Below are positions 1-13,300 of a DNA stretch of 64,000 bases, piece after piece. Position 1 is the first letter of the stretch; every line of letters starts with the position of its first letter. The position numbers and the translations under genes are program-made. Source of the stretch: Lepidodermella squamata (Eukaryota; Animalia; Gastrotricha); assembly GCA_047495785.1 (NCBI GenBank), contig JBLDXI010000034.1, positions 434,001-498,000 of the forward strand. The letters are read 5' to 3'. A model generated the notes under the pieces. The model was not told where the DNA came from. It did no database searches and saw only the letters and a list, made by a program, of their open reading frames with translations.

Positions 1-1
1 T

Positions 2-1076
2 TTCTCCATTGATAAAAGTTCCGAAAAAAATCGAGATAAAATATCTGATTTACTAACAAAAACCAGCGAAATTTTACTCGAAAATACGCGAAAAATTGAA
101 AAAGGCCAGGAATATTTTGAAAAATTCATCGAAAATACAGTCGACTTGTGCCGTGATGAAATGTTGAAAATCGTCATCAAAAATGACCAAAGGGTGAAAG
201 TAGAATTTTATTGTGAATTTTTCAAATTTTTTGCAAAATTATCCGAAATTTTGTATCACCGTGAAAATTTTCACGTCGACTTGAAGAAGGCTAAAGCTTT
301 AATTGATGATTTTAATTCTAAAATTGCTAAATTCCCCGAAAAACTGACTTGGATGTCTGGTGAAGATCGCGAAGATTTTGCGGAAATTTTCAGATTTTTC
401 AAGAAATTTTCCGAAAATTCCCTCGATTTTCTATCGAGTTATCGCGACTACGGCGAGAGCGATGTTCTCGGTTCGAGAATTGCAATTTACGAACAGCTCA
501 AGACCCCAGGCAAGAAGGTTGTCTCGATTTTATTGAAGTGGAAATTGCGTGATAAAGCCAACGATTTGCGAACGAAATCGCCGCAGGAGAACGAGCAGAT
601 TCTGCGCTATTGTCTGTATCTAGGTCAAGAATTTTACGGCCTCGTTTTCGCTGGGTTGACGTCGCAAATTGACAGCAAATCACGGCCAGAGTTGGTTGAA
701 TGGCTGCTGGAGGCTAAAACGGCGACGGCTAAATTTTTGGCACTTCAACGCGAATCAGGCGGCGGTTTGACGGCGAGTGATCAGGAAATAGCGGCATTTC
801 AGGCCGAATTGGATGCGATTGTTGACTCGGTTTTAAATGTTGTGAATCATTTCGACATTGCTCAGCTCGCTTTCAAGCGTTTTATTGCATTTATTGTCGC
901 TTAAAATTGTTAAATTAACATAAAAATTAACAAAAGCATTTTAGGTGACCGAAAATCAAGATTACATTGAGGTTTTATCGACATTTCAGCACTTCGATCC
1001 TAATTTCAGTCGTAAATTATGGCAGCGAGTCCCAGAAGTTGCCCATCCAATTTTTTTAAACTGGCAAATTTTTTAA
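2..1076 (+). CDS. Unknown, predicted alpha-helical protein; 5' end lies outside the window
   Basis: The frame of ORF 146-904 is open from position 2. Probable intron 896-944 (gtcgct...ttttag) and last exon 945-1076 (VTENQDYIEVLSTFQHFDPNF...). A degraded duplicate lies at 7431-8030. Confidence 0.6.
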
Positions 1077-1208
1077 ATAAATTTATTTCATTTTAAATTA
1101 AACATTTTCTAAATAATTTACCGAGGAAAACCCGGAAATCCCGATGGTAACTGGTTCCGTAATTTTCGGTATTTTACCCGGTTGAACAGATTTTCTCCGG
1201 GATAATTG

Positions 1209-1493
1209 CGAATTGCGATTGCTAGTGAAGCGATGACGGTCAGCGAGCAAGCTGAGAAGGTTGGTGAGGTTCTAGGTGAGGAGATTGTGTACCAGCCTGT
1301 GCCAATCGCTGTTTTCCGGACCTTCCCGTTTCCTGGCGCGGGGTAATTGGCGAGCATGTTCCAGCTTTGCCAGGATTTCACAGAGAAATTGAATGCTAGC
1401 CGCGATTTCGAAGCTACAAAGAAGCTGAACCCGAAACTCATGAACTTTGATCAGTTTCTCGCGAAATACGGCTAGCTTATCAAAGCTCTTTAA
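1209..1493 (+). pseudogene. 3' fragment of an NmrA/HSCARG-like gene with in-frame stops
   Basis: RIAIASEAMTVSEQAEKVG...FPGAG*LASMFQ...AKYG*LIKAL matches the last exon of the intact copies. The 5' part is absent. Confidence 0.85.
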
Positions 1494-1741
1494 AGATCGC
1501 GGGAATAAATTGGAAAATTGACTTTTCTTTCGACACTACGGTTCGGATTTAGGGAAGCTCCTTGAATAACCTGGGAATATTTTGAGAAAAATGACTCCAT
1601 CGTAGACTTCATAATATTTGATGATTTCTAATGATATTTCTGAGTTCACGAATAGCTTGAAACAATTCTTTGCGATTTCGATAACCAAAGCCCTGAAATT
1701 ACTCATGCCTAGTGCACTTCACTCATAGAGATAGAAGATAA

Positions 1742-2338
1742 CGTCGTTGGTGCGGCTAAAACTCCTATGTCCATCAAAAATCGAAATCGGGCTTTTCCAG
1801 TTCCTGACTCAGTTTTTCACGCTGGTCAATAATATGAAAACCGCATTTCAAAATTCGCCAGGAATCAAAAGTCCTATCTACACATTCGTGGATTATTTTC
1901 CAGGTCATTCTTTTTCCATCTCCATAGCACGAGTTCGAATAGGGCACAAAAAGTGCTATGTGCATCACACAAATTATTCGATCACGACAAAAAATGGCGA
2001 TGACTCAGTGCGGCATTCGATGCCAAGTGAAAATAAGTTGGCAAAAATCGGCCAAAAATGAATGCTTTCGCAAGGACTCGAACCACAACCTTAAAAAAAC
2101 ACGAACAAAATATGAAAAAATCCACCAAAAAGTCCTATCTGCAGCGAATGTCCTTATTTTGCAATAACGTTGCATCACCGGTAAAAATGGCCGGCGCCAT
2201 TCGATCCGCCGGGTTTGATTACCCCTAATTTTGACATCATTGACATTTTTTACTGAAAATTTTGAAAATAAAGTTGTTTTTCGATTTATCTCAAAATAAA
2301 TTGTTTTGGAGATAGGATTTTTAGCCGCACCAACGACG
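1742..2338. mobile_element. Non-autonomous TIR element (MITE)
   Basis: TIR CGTCGTTGGTGCGGCTAAAA(C/A)TCCTAT at both ends. Absent at the paralogous site near 10125. Confidence 0.85.
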
Positions 2339-2523
2339 AATAAGTGCAAATGCTAATGCGTGTAAATTTCAACGCATTCGCCGCTTTCTTATCGCCGTAA
2401 CTAGGGAAAATTAAGTTTTTTTTTATAATGTCGCTCATTTGTTGAAGCTTTATTCATATTTCCTATTCCTATGTTGATAAGGCCTGCTTTTAACTCTGTC
2501 ATCATTTCTAACTTCGCATGAAT

Positions 2524-5346
2524 ATGGAACCAAGGACGCATCGATCCATGACGGAGTTCACTATTGTCAAAGCCTTGCGTTATGGCCGCCTACGACAATC
2601 GTATTTGTACAAACGTATCGGGAACTCTCAAGAGCAAGTGGTTATCAAAGAAACCAACTTGACAACCCTTCGCAAGACATTTGAGAAAGACTTTGCCAGA
2701 ATTGTTGAACTTCTCCACGAACGAGTGAGTTATTGTCAATAGATGCCTTATTGGGGGTGTTTTACGCCTTTTACACTTGAAATATCAATCAAACTCAAAG
2801 TACATAGTTTGAATAAGTTTACTACAAAGACAAATTAGGATTATCCTGAGAAGAGTCTGTACACCTCAAATCGCGCACATTTTCAATTTGCAGGATTTGT
2901 TAATGGTCGATATCAGCCATGCAAACATTGTCAAGGTGTTTGACGCTTCCGAACGTAACTTTCTACTTTCAACACTTTAACTGCCAAAAATCGACCGTGA
3001 GACCCAATATTTAGGTCTAATTCCTGGGTCTGTCAAAAAGTCGTGTTTTTCGGGTAAACGATGCGTCCTAGGGCAAAATGCCCGACGGCAAAATGTAGGC
3101 CATGAGCCCGCGGTTCTTTTGACACCGAACTCGGGGCCATAAGGTCTGAGCAGGTCTTTGAAAATGACAGTTGAAAAACGCCGAAATTTTGGATTAGAGC
3201 CAAAAATCAGACCCAAGAATTGGACCTAATTATTAGACCCAGATTATGGCGCAACAATCGAAATTTCATTGTTTTTCAACTGTCATTTTCAAAGACCTGC
3301 TCAGACCTTATGGCCCCGAGTTCGGTGTCAAAAGAACCGCGGGCTCATGGCCTACATTTTGCCCTAGGACGCATCGTTTACCCGAAAAACACGACTTTTT
3401 GACAGACCCAGGAATTAGACCTAAATATTGGGTCTCACGGTCGATTTTTGGCAGTTAAAGTGTTAATTCAGACATAGAAGTTCTTTTTAATAATATTCCA
3501 ACTATAGAGACATATTCCGGTGAAGACTTTTCTTCCCATAACTGCATGATGAGATATTTGGTTATGGAGGTTTGCGGGGGAGGGAGTTTCGAAAGCCTGA
3601 TCTCGACTGAGACTGGACCAATCCCGGAAATTATGCTTCAAATATGGTCGCGCCAACTTGTATCCGCTTTGGCTTATCTTCACGGCCGGAGGATTGTTCA
3701 TCGCAACATAACGACAAGCAATGTATTACTAACAGAAGACCGAGGCACATCGAAACTAGCTGATTTGGGAATCGTCGAGAGATTAGACACGTAAGATTGA
3801 AAAGAAGCATTAAATACTTGATGAATTCGATATTCAAAACAGTGGTTCGCAAATAACCGCTCTAGCTGCATGGTACCCTTCCGCTCCTGAGATTTTCAAA
3901 TCTCAAACGAAATCATCTCCAAGTGATGTTTGGTCGTTGGGATTCGCGCTCTTCAAATTAGCCAACTTTCAAGAACCAGTATGGGAATGACCTTGCGTGA
4001 TTACTTACTAAGTTATGATATAGTTTTACAGTTCATCTCGATGATGGATATTCTGAGGTAAATTGTTTAGTTGAATTAAGCTAAACTCAATAATACTTTA
4101 GTAATAACCTGAAACCATTTAACGAGTCCCGCGGCTATTCCGATGACTTCCGCGATTTTGTTATGTCAATGCTCGCCGTGAATCCTGATGATCGGCTGAC
4201 CTCGAGTCAGCTTAACGCCAGTAGTTTTCTGCTGAAATCAGCACCCATGCGTTATACAAAGGTATGATTGATTTTTCCATGTCGTTTGAATTGTTGCTTG
4301 AAGATTGATTTGTCGTACCTTTTATTCTTCAGCCAGACCAAACAGTTGTCGAACCCAACCAAGAGGCTGTTAAGGTAGCTCCAAACTATTTTACATCTGA
4401 TTCAGGGGTTGGTTATTCGAATTGCCAGGAGCTAGTTGACTGCATATGCCGGAGAAAAAACGTCTTGAAATTGGCGCAGCTACTGTCAAAAAGGGACCTC
4501 GGTCTGAGTCCAGACTGCAAAGACGACATGGGACGTCCTCTGTTGGATCTTGCGGCTGAGAGAGGCTACAACGACATAGTGGAAACTTTGGTCAGGCAAT
4601 TCGATGCAGACGTTGATGATCGTAATGCAAATGGCGTAAAGCCACTGTCGATCGCCGCCTTCAATCGCGATGTTGGGATGGTGAGGATGTTGGCTAGTGA
4701 TTTCAACGCCGATGTTAATTCTGCCACCAATGATGGCCGTACGCCGCTGTGGACCGCCGCCTTCAATGGCAACACCAAGGTGGTGAGGATGCTGGCTGGC
4801 GAGTTCAATGCCAACGTGAATAAAGCCAATAAGGATGGCTGTACGCCACTCTACGTCGCTGCCCGCAATGGTCACATCGAGGTGGTGAGAACGCTTGCTA
4901 GCGAATTCAACGCCAACGTGAATATGGCCACAAATGATGGCGCGACTCCACTGTTCGTCGCCGCCCAGAATGGCCACATCGAGGTGGTGAGGATGTTGGC
5001 TGAGGAGTTCAAATCTGATGTTAATTCTGTCAGAAAGAGCGGTGCGACACCAGTGTACGCCGCCGCCGAGAAGGGCCACCTCGAGGTGGTTGAGGCACTA
5101 GCTGGCCACTTTCACGCCAACGTGAATGCTGCATGTAATGATGGCATGACGCCGTTGATGGCAGCCGCATATAAGGGCCATCACGATGTTGCTAATATTC
5201 TCATCATGAAATTCCGAGCCAATATCGACGCCGTAGATCGCCATAACAGGACAGCCATAGATTGTGCCACGAACTGCCATGCAAGTGTTTCTGCTGATGA
5301 CAAGCGCAAGACTATCGCACTACTCGAACGGGATAAGTCAAAATAG
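2524..5346 (+). CDS. Pseudokinase-ankyrin repeat protein, copy 1 (about 608 aa, 7 ANK repeats + cap)
   Basis: Exons 2524-2724, 2894-2954, 3508-3790, 3843-3978, 4032-4057, 4102-4261, 4333-4374, 4429-5346 join in frame with GT-AG. Motifs: VVIKE, HANIV, YLVME, HRNITTSN, KLADLG, APE, SDVWSLG, then 34-aa ANK repeats. Confidence 0.85.
2973..3462. mobile_element. Palindromic piggyBac-like MITE in intron 2 of pseudokinase-ANK copy 1
   Basis: About 200-bp inverted arms beginning CACTTTAACTGCC. Flanked by tcaa/TTAA. The paralogous intron at 11134-11192 lacks it and has TTAA at that position. Confidence 0.85.
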
Positions 5347-5473
5347 CCTGCCGTTGAACAGAGATCTCATAGACAACTCTTTGTTTGGAATTTATGGTAA
5401 ATGAAACTTTTTCTCATAACAATTTTAGAAAATAATTAAACATCGGAAACATAACAATGGGCGGATAGGGCGA

Positions 5474-5860
5474 ATGAACCTATACGCGATGATTTGTTTT
5501 AACATTCCCAAGTTCATCTCAACGATGTTTAAGTTGAACTCATGATGTCAATGCTCGCCGTGAATCCCGATGACCTCGAGTCAGCATAACGCCAGTAGTT
5601 TTCTGCTGAAATCAGCACCCATGCGGTATACAAAGGTATGATTCGTTCCCATTTCATCTGAATGGTTGCTGCAAACTTGATGTATCGTTCCTTCTATTCA
5701 TTCCATTCTATCAGCCAGACCAATCATTCGTCGAATCCAACCAAGTGGCTGTTAAGTTAGCTGCGGATTATTTTACAATTGATTCGGGCTCTAGTCATTT
5801 AAATTGCCAGGAGCTATTTGACTGCGTAATTAAGCGAAAAACGTCTTGAAATTGGCGCAG
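5474..5860 (+). pseudogene. Degenerate duplicate of the kinase C-lobe, linker and start of the ANK exon
   Basis: MSMLAVNP...KSAPMRYTK|gtatg, PDQSFVE...VK, ELFDCVIKR...; contains deletions and is truncated before the ANK repeats. Confidence 0.75.
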
Positions 5861-6438
5861 GTTGTGGTAGTTTTTGGTAGATTTTGTGCAGAAAGACAAT
5901 TTCCCTCTGGAAGCGTCTCATTGCAAATGTTACCATACCTAAGGTTTTCAGACGCTCCGAGTATTCAGCACCTTCAGGTTCGACCTTCAGGTGAAACTAT
6001 ATAGAACTATAAAGTAGGTAGAACTATATAGAAACAACTCTTGCGCTGGTATATTGTTGTAGCCCAGCGCCAAACTCTATTCAAGAAAAATTTGACTGTA
6101 ATTTCCCTCAATAAAAACGAATATGGACGTATCATTTTCTTTCTCGTATTATCGAAGATGGTGAAATGAGTCGAAGCGTCTATCTCACTCATCATTGCAT
6201 TTTACTGCCGTTCTAGGGGGTCGGCCCAAGCCTGGTGCATTTTTTTAAAAGAATTCTTTCAAAATAGAGCCAAAAAGTAAATTAAGGGTTGGACATTTCG
6301 GGAGGTTGACTTCTAAGGGTCGCAGGGATGGACGGTGTAAAACATCATGTAAAAACGTGTTAAAACATGTAAAAAATCAAAATAAATTGGAAAATTTGAA
6401 TAAATCTGAAGCGCGGATTTGTCCAAAGCTACGTTATA

Positions 6439-6632
6439 TCGCGCCTTCCGCGCCAGAACAGTGTGCCGGAAATAGAAACAAATGGCGTAATGCATTTGAT
6501 GCGCAGAAAAAACTGGCGTTCAACTTTTTTTCCAGCGATCAGGCACGCGACTGACTTGGCGAAGATGCAAAAAGGTAGTTTTACGCCATTTGTTTCTATT
6601 TCCGGCACACTGTTCTGGCGCGGAAGGCGCGA
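6439..6632. mobile_element. Short foldback MITE with TATA target-site duplication
   Basis: About 50-bp perfect inverted arms TCGCGCCTTCCGCGCCAGAACAGTG... Filled site gt-tata-[element]-tata-gtag vs empty paralog gctacgttatagtagc near 15001. Confidence 0.9.
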
Positions 6633-6715
6633 TATAGTAGCGGCAATTAAGTGAGTCAGATGACCTACTTTAGGTAGACTGTTTTTGCCCAGCACTGTCC
6701 ACCAGATTTATTATG

Positions 6716-6852
6716 TATAAATATGGCCCTAGGGAAGGCTAGTTTCGAGGAAAAACTCACATATTAAGGCGAGGCGAAGCCGAGTCTTATTATGCGATTT
6801 TTCCGAAGAACTAGCCGTACCGTGGGCCTTATTAGACATATTGCTCAAGGCG
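6716..6852. repeat. Fragment of the dispersed element also found at 61546-62450
   Basis: GCCCTAGGG..GGC.AGTTTCGAGGAAAA...CTAGCCGTACCGTGGGC.TTATTAGACATA is shared between the two sites. Confidence 0.7.
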
Positions 6853-7430
6853 AAGCGTTCACCGTTCCCGATAAAACTGCAATTTAAATGGAAAAATTCT
6901 CCGATATCAGCAGCATTCAAAGCCGACATGAGACATGAACATTGTTTCTAAACACCTGAGGGCACCTGGTAGCTAACATGCCAAAACCTAGCTCCGTGGG
7001 GGGCATGAATAATCATCAAAAAAGGAAAAAATCAAAATCGCAAAACCCAGTCAAAACCCTATGCTAGGCCTATACTAGGCTCCTCATTTCTAGGCCTAGG
7101 CTGGGCTCGAATTCGGCCGCTTTTTTGGGCCCAGTCTAGGCTTTACTGGGCCTACAGTAGGCCTAGACCCAGAGGTATACGTAATAACAATTAAGACTGG
7201 CTACCCTCTGCTCCCTGAGCTGTCAGGTGCCTGTAACTATTGCATGTCGACTCGTAACGTTGTTTGGAAGAATCGAAAGACAAATCACTCGCTCGTGATT
7301 TGTGTCGGTGGTTGGAGTCGAGCGCGGGTCGCCTTACCAAAGAGGTGGACGCGCTACCACTAGACCAGCTGGTCCCACAGTAAGGGTTAATAGGGGTATA
7401 AAAGTTTCAAGCTGGGTTTTTCAATTTGCT

Positions 7431-8030
7431 GCGGACGAAATCGCCGCAGGAGAACGAGCAGATTGTGCGCTATTGTCTGCTATTGCCTCGACTGGCGAAG
7501 TTGAGAGAGAGAGAGGTGCCGGACCTCCGGTTCAGGCTGCGGCTCCGCCGCTAGGAGAACCCTATCGGATTGGTTCGCGCAATCATCTAGGTCAAGAATT
7601 TTACGGCCTCGTTTTCGCTGGGTTAACGTCGCAAATTGACAGCAAATCACGGCCGGAGTTGGTTGAATGGCTGCTGGAGGCTAAAACGGCGACGGCTAAA
7701 TTTTTGGCACTTCAACGCGAATCTGGCGGCGGTTTGACGGCGAGTGATAAGGAAATAGCGGCATTTCAGGCCGAATTGGATTCGATTGTTGACTCGTTTT
7801 TAAATGTTGTGAATCATTTCGACATTGCTCAGCTTGCTTTCAAGCGTTTTATTGCATTTATTGTCGCTTAAAATTGTTAATAAATAAATTAATAAAAATA
7901 TTTTAGGTGACCGAAAATGACGCCGAGATTTCATTAGGGTTTTATCGGCTATTCAGCACTTCGATCCTAATTTCTGAAATTTCAGTCGAAAATTATGGCA
8001 ACGTATTCCAAAAGCTGCGTAACCAATTCT
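7431..8030 (+). pseudogene. Truncated, interrupted copy of the helical gene at 2-1076
   Basis: Near-identical to 571-1040 but with a ~100-bp insertion at about 7480-7584, no 5' part, and indels in the last exon. ORF 7302-7871 is a chimera. Confidence 0.75.
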
Positions 8031-8656
8031 TCTATTTGGCAAAATTTTGTAGGAAATTCAACTATTTTTTTTAAATTAAACCTAATCTAAAAAATTTACC
8101 GGTGAATAACTAGAAATCACGATGGTAACTGGTTCGGTAATTTTCGGTATTTTACCCGGTTGGACAAATTTCTCCGGGAATTTTCATCCTATCAACAAGA
8201 GAGGCACAATTGTTATCTTTCCTCGGGAATTTTTGAATTTTTTCTATAATTTTTCTGGCCACGAGATGGGACGTTTTTTGGGACACGCTTCGGCCTACAG
8301 AGCCGATACCAAAAATCTCATATTCTCAAATTTCCACCGCTCCTATTCTTCTAAGGCACGGAGCGATTCCAAGAGCTTCGTCATGGTATAGTAGTGACAA
8401 TTAAAAGCCATTTTGACCGACTAGGCTGACTGTTTTTGTTCGGCAATTTTTTGCCATGATGAAGAATAAAGATGAAGCGTGTAAGCTTGTTATGGTCAAA
8501 CTTCTGAGTTCAAGTAAAACCGCAACACCACAAGTGGTTATTACGCTTTTTTAGTTTTGAAGTAGGTCAAATTTTATTGAACCTTGTAGGCATTTTATAT
8601 TGAAGTACGAGCTTACAGCTGCAGCAAAACAAATTGTAGATTTTTATAACCTCAAA

Positions 8657-9852
8657 ATGGCACCTGAAAAGAAAATCATTTCTGTTGTAGGAGCAACTGG
8701 ACAACAGGTAAAGCATCGAAATTCTTAGATTCTTCCTAAAGTTTGTTCAATTTCTGAAGGGCGGTTCTGTTGTTCGAGCGATTTTGGAGGATCCTGCCAC
8801 CGAATTCAAGGCTCGAGCTTTAACCCGCGATGTCAACTCGGCGAAAGCCAAGGCCCTGGCTGAGCAAGGTGTCGAAGTCGTTCAGGTCGATGCTAATGAT
8901 GAGGACGCGTTGGCCGAGGCTATCAAAGGCTCGTATGGATTGTTTTGCGTTTCGGTAATCGACTGGACCGATCCAGATAAAGAAATCGCACAGATCAAGT
9001 CGATGGCTAACGCGGCAAAGCAAGTTGAAAAATAATTTCCTACTTGTCCTAGGAATAATAATCCTCGCTCAAACGCTTTAATATTCTCATTCTAAAAAAA
9101 TCCTACAAAGAAATTAAAGATATTTTATTTGTCTGTATTTTAGGAAAGCTGGAATCAAACATGTTATTTGGTCTACCTTGGATGACCCTCGCAAATTTGG
9201 ACCGCTAAGCGACGATCATTATCCAACTTTGCACGGCAAGTACAAAGTAACGCATTGCGAGACGAAAGCTGGATCTGACAAATTCTTCGATGGCCAGCCT
9301 GTTACCTATCTGATAACCCCAGCATTTTGGGACAACTACTATACTGGCTTTTTCCCAATGCATCGCGGCCAGAATGGTAAATTGATTATCACAGTCCCAA
9401 TGGGGCATGTTAAAACGCCTGGCATGGCCGTAGACGATATTGGTCGTTGTGCTTACGGAATTTTCAAAGACCCAACTTGGATTGGCAAGCGAATTGCAAT
9501 TGCTAGTGAATCGATGACGGTCAGCGAGCAAGCGGAGAAAATTGGCAAAGTTCTAGGTGAGGAGGTTGTGTACCAGCCTGCGCCTTTCGAAGTTTTCCGG
9601 AACTTGCCGTTTCCTGGTGCTGGCGAATTGGCAAACATGTTTCAGTTTTGCCAGGATTTCTCCGAGAAATTGAATGCTAGCCGCGAAGCTACGAAGACGC
9701 TGAACCCGAAACTCATGAACTTTGATCAGTTTCTGGCGAAGTACCTACGGCAAACTTATCAAAGCTCCTTGAAGACCTTGGGAACATCGGGAAAATTGAC
9801 TCTTTCGACACTTCGGTTCGGATATAAGGGAAACTCCTTGAATAATCACTAA
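8657..9852 (+). CDS. NmrA/HSCARG-family (atypical SDR) protein, copy B, with frameshifted C-terminus
   Basis: Exons 8657-8707, 8760-9019, 9144-9852. GATGQQG Rossmann motif, ALTR, KHVIWSTL. A 4-nt insertion near 9745 replaces the GKLIKAP end with a longer tail. Confidence 0.85.
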
Positions 9853-10301
9853 TTTATAGAAAAATGACTCCATTCAAGACTGCATAATATTCGATGATTT
9901 CTAATTATATTTTTGAGTTCACGAATAACTTGAAACAATAAACTTCTGCGATTTCGATAACCAAAGCCCTGAAATTACTTATGTCTTGTGCCTCAAGGGC
10001 GAATTATCTTTGTGAGTGACTATCGAATTTCTTTTTTATTCTATCGAGGTGCAAGTTGAATAAGTCTTCGAACAAATAATGAGCCCAAGTCGCCGCTAAA
10101 ACCGGCACACTTCACTCATAGAGATAGGATAGTGCAAATAATAATGCGTGTAAATTTCATCGCATTCGCCGTTTTCTTATCGCCGTAACTAGGGAGAATG
10201 AAGCTTCTTATAATGTCGCTCATTTGTTGAAGCTTTATTACTATTTCCTGTTTGATAAGGCCTGCTTTTAACTCTGTCATCATTTTTAGCTTCGCTTGAA
10301 T

Positions 10302-13300
10302 ATGGAACCAATGAAATATCGATCTATGACATCGTTCTCTGTTGTTAAAGCCTTGCGTTATGGCCGCCTACGAAAATCTGTGTTGTGCGAACATAACGGG
10401 AGCCCTCAGGAACAAGTGGTTATCAAAGAAACCAACTTGACAACCCTTCGCAAGGAATTTGAGAAAGACTTTGGAAGAATTGCTGAACTTCTCTACGAAA
10501 GAGTGAGTTATCGTCAATATATGCCTTATTTTGGCATGAGACGTACTATAGGACGCCGCGGCTTGCAGAAAATCAGAAAAAGCGTGATATTTTTAATGAG
10601 GTCCAAAGTCCAACTCGCCCAATGAGTCATCTCATTACATTTTTGCAATCATCTTAAGCCTCTTTTTTTGCTTAAGATCAACGAGATTAACACATCTTTA
10701 CACAGCGTCACGCCGATCTTTTGCTGTAAAAGAATTCTCAGCAGTTTTTAATTATTGACATTTATTGACATAAAAAATTAAAATGTTATAAATTAAAAAA
10801 TTTTAAATTTCGAAATTACTGGACTAAAAATTAAATCGTATGCACGGAATATTTATGCACAGTGGGTCGCAGCCGCGGGGTCATGTAATGGGAGCTTCGA
10901 AGCCGCGGCGTCCTATAGTACGTCTCATGTATTTTGGGGGTGTTTTACGTCTTTTCCACTTGAGTTATCAATCAAACTCAAAGTAGTTTGAACAAGTTAA
11001 CTTCGAAGACAAATTAGGATTATCCTGGGAAGAGTCTGTACACCCCAAATCGCGCATATTTTAATATTTCAGGATTTGTTAATGGTCGATATCAGCCATG
11101 CAAACATTGTCAAGGCGTTTGACGCTTTTGAACGTAACTTTCTACTTTAAATTCAGACATAGAAGTTCCTAGTAATAATATTCCAACTATAGAGACATAT
11201 TCCGGAGAGGATTCTTCTTCTCTCAACTGCATGATGAGGTACTTGGTGATGGAGTTTTGCGGGGGAGGAAGTTTCGAAAGCCTGATCACGCCTGAGACTA
11301 GACCTATCCCGGAAATCATGCTTCAAATATGGTCGCGCCAACTTGTATCAGCTTTGGCTTACCTTAACGACCGAAAAATCGTTCATCGCAACATAACGAC
11401 AAGCAATGTACTGCTAACAGAAGACCGAGGCACAGCTAAACTGGCTGATTTGGGAATGGTCGAGAGATTAGACACGTAAGATTGAAAAGAAGCATTTAAT
11501 CCTTGATGAATTCGATATTCAAAACAGTGGTTCACAAATGACCGCTCTAGCTGCGTGGTACCCTTCCGCTCCTGAGGTTTTGAAATGTCAACCGAAATCA
11601 TCTGCAAGTGATGTTTGGTCGTTGGGATTCGCGCTTTTCAAATTAGCCAACTTTCAAGAACCAGTATGAGAATGAACCTATATACGCGATGATTTACTTT
11701 TGTTTTATCATTCCCCAGTTCATCTCAACGGCGGATATTTTAAGGTAAACTCATGAGTTGGATACAGAGGTCTCAAGCTTAAATCTATGATAATTTAGTA
11801 ATAAACTGAAACCATTCGACGAGTCACGTGGCTATTCCGTTGAATTCCGGGATTTTGTCATGTCAATGCTTGCCGTGAATCCTGATGATCGACCGGCCTC
11901 AACTCAGCTTATATCCAATAGTTTTCTGTTGAAATCAGCACCCATGCGTTATACAAAGGTATGATTGGTTCCCATGTCTTCTGAATTGTTGCTGCAAACT
12001 TGATTCATCTTTCCTTCTATACTTTAGCCAGACCAATCATTCGTCGAACCTAACCAAGTGGCTGTTAAGGTAGCTGCGGATTATTTTACAATTCATTCAG
12101 GCTTTAATTATTTATATTGCCAGGAGCTATTTGACTGCGTAATGAAGCGAAAAGATGTGTTGAAATTGGTGCAGCTACTCTCTAACAGTGATCTCGGTCT
12201 TAGCCCAGACTGCAAAGACGATGATGGATTGCCTCTGTTGTCGCTTGCAGCTGGGATTGGCTACAACGACATTGTGGAAACTCTGGTCAGGCAGTTTGAG
12301 GCAGACATTGGAGTTCGTACTGCTAGAGGTTCGACACCACTGTTGATTGCCGCCGGCAATGGCCATGCCGAGGTGGTGAGGATGTTGGCTGGCGAGTTCA
12401 ATGCCGATGTTAATTATACCAATATAGCTGGCGCGACGCCACTTGGGATCGCCGCCAACAATGGCCACACCGAGGTAGTGAGGATGTTGGCTGGCGAGTT
12501 CAATGCCGATGCTAATTCTGCCAATGAGGATGGATTGACGCCACTGTATGCCGCCGCCTTCAGTGGCCATACCGATGTGGTGAAGATGTTGGCTGGCGAG
12601 TTCAACGCCGACGTGAATACTGCCTCGAAAGATGGCTTTACGCCACTGTATGTCGCCGCCTCCAAAGGCCACAGCGAGGTGGTGAGGTTGTTAGCTGGCG
12701 AGTTCAAGGCGAACGTGGAATCGCCGAACAAAAATGGGGCCACGCCACTGTTTGTCGCCGCCCAGAATGGCCACATCGAGGTTGTGAAGATGTTGGCTGG
12801 CGAGTTCAAGGCGAACGTGAAATCGGCGCTCGAAGATGAGGCAACGCCACTGTTTGTCGCCGCCGAGAATGGCCACGGCGAGGTTGTGAAGATGTTGGCT
12901 GGCGAGTTCAAGGCCGACGTGGAATCGCCGAATAAAAATGGGGCAACGCCACTGTATGCCGCCGCCTTCAGTGGCCATACCGATGTGGTGAAGATGTTGG
13001 CTGGCGAGTTCAACGCCGACGTGGAATCGCCGAATAAAAATGAGGCAACGCCACTGTTTGTCGCCGCCGAGAATGGCCACGGCGAGGTTGTGAAGATGTT
13101 GGCTGGCGAGTTCAAGGCCGACGTGGAATCGCCGAATAAAAATGGGGCAACGCCACTGTATGTCGCCGCCCAGAATGGCCACATCGAGGTGATTGAGGCA
13201 CTAGCTGGCCAATTCAGCGCCAAAGTAAATGCTGCTCGTAATGATGGTATGACCCCGTTGATGGTCGCTGCATATTTTGGACATCACCATACTGCTGAAG

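Noticed and set aside
2977-3458. Mirror-image ORFs 2977-3216 (-) and 3246-3458 (+) encoding nearly the same peptide
   Set aside because: A consequence of the palindromic MITE; not genes.
7180-7590. LTR-like segment (TATA box, GA run) next to the truncated helical gene
   Set aside because: No clear TG...CA ends, TSD, PBS or second copy in the window.
11134-11156. Possible 23-nt micro-intron in the kinase genes (in-frame alternative acceptor)
   Set aside because: The 59-nt intron ending at 11192 is also in frame and fits the local intron size range; cannot be resolved without RNA data.
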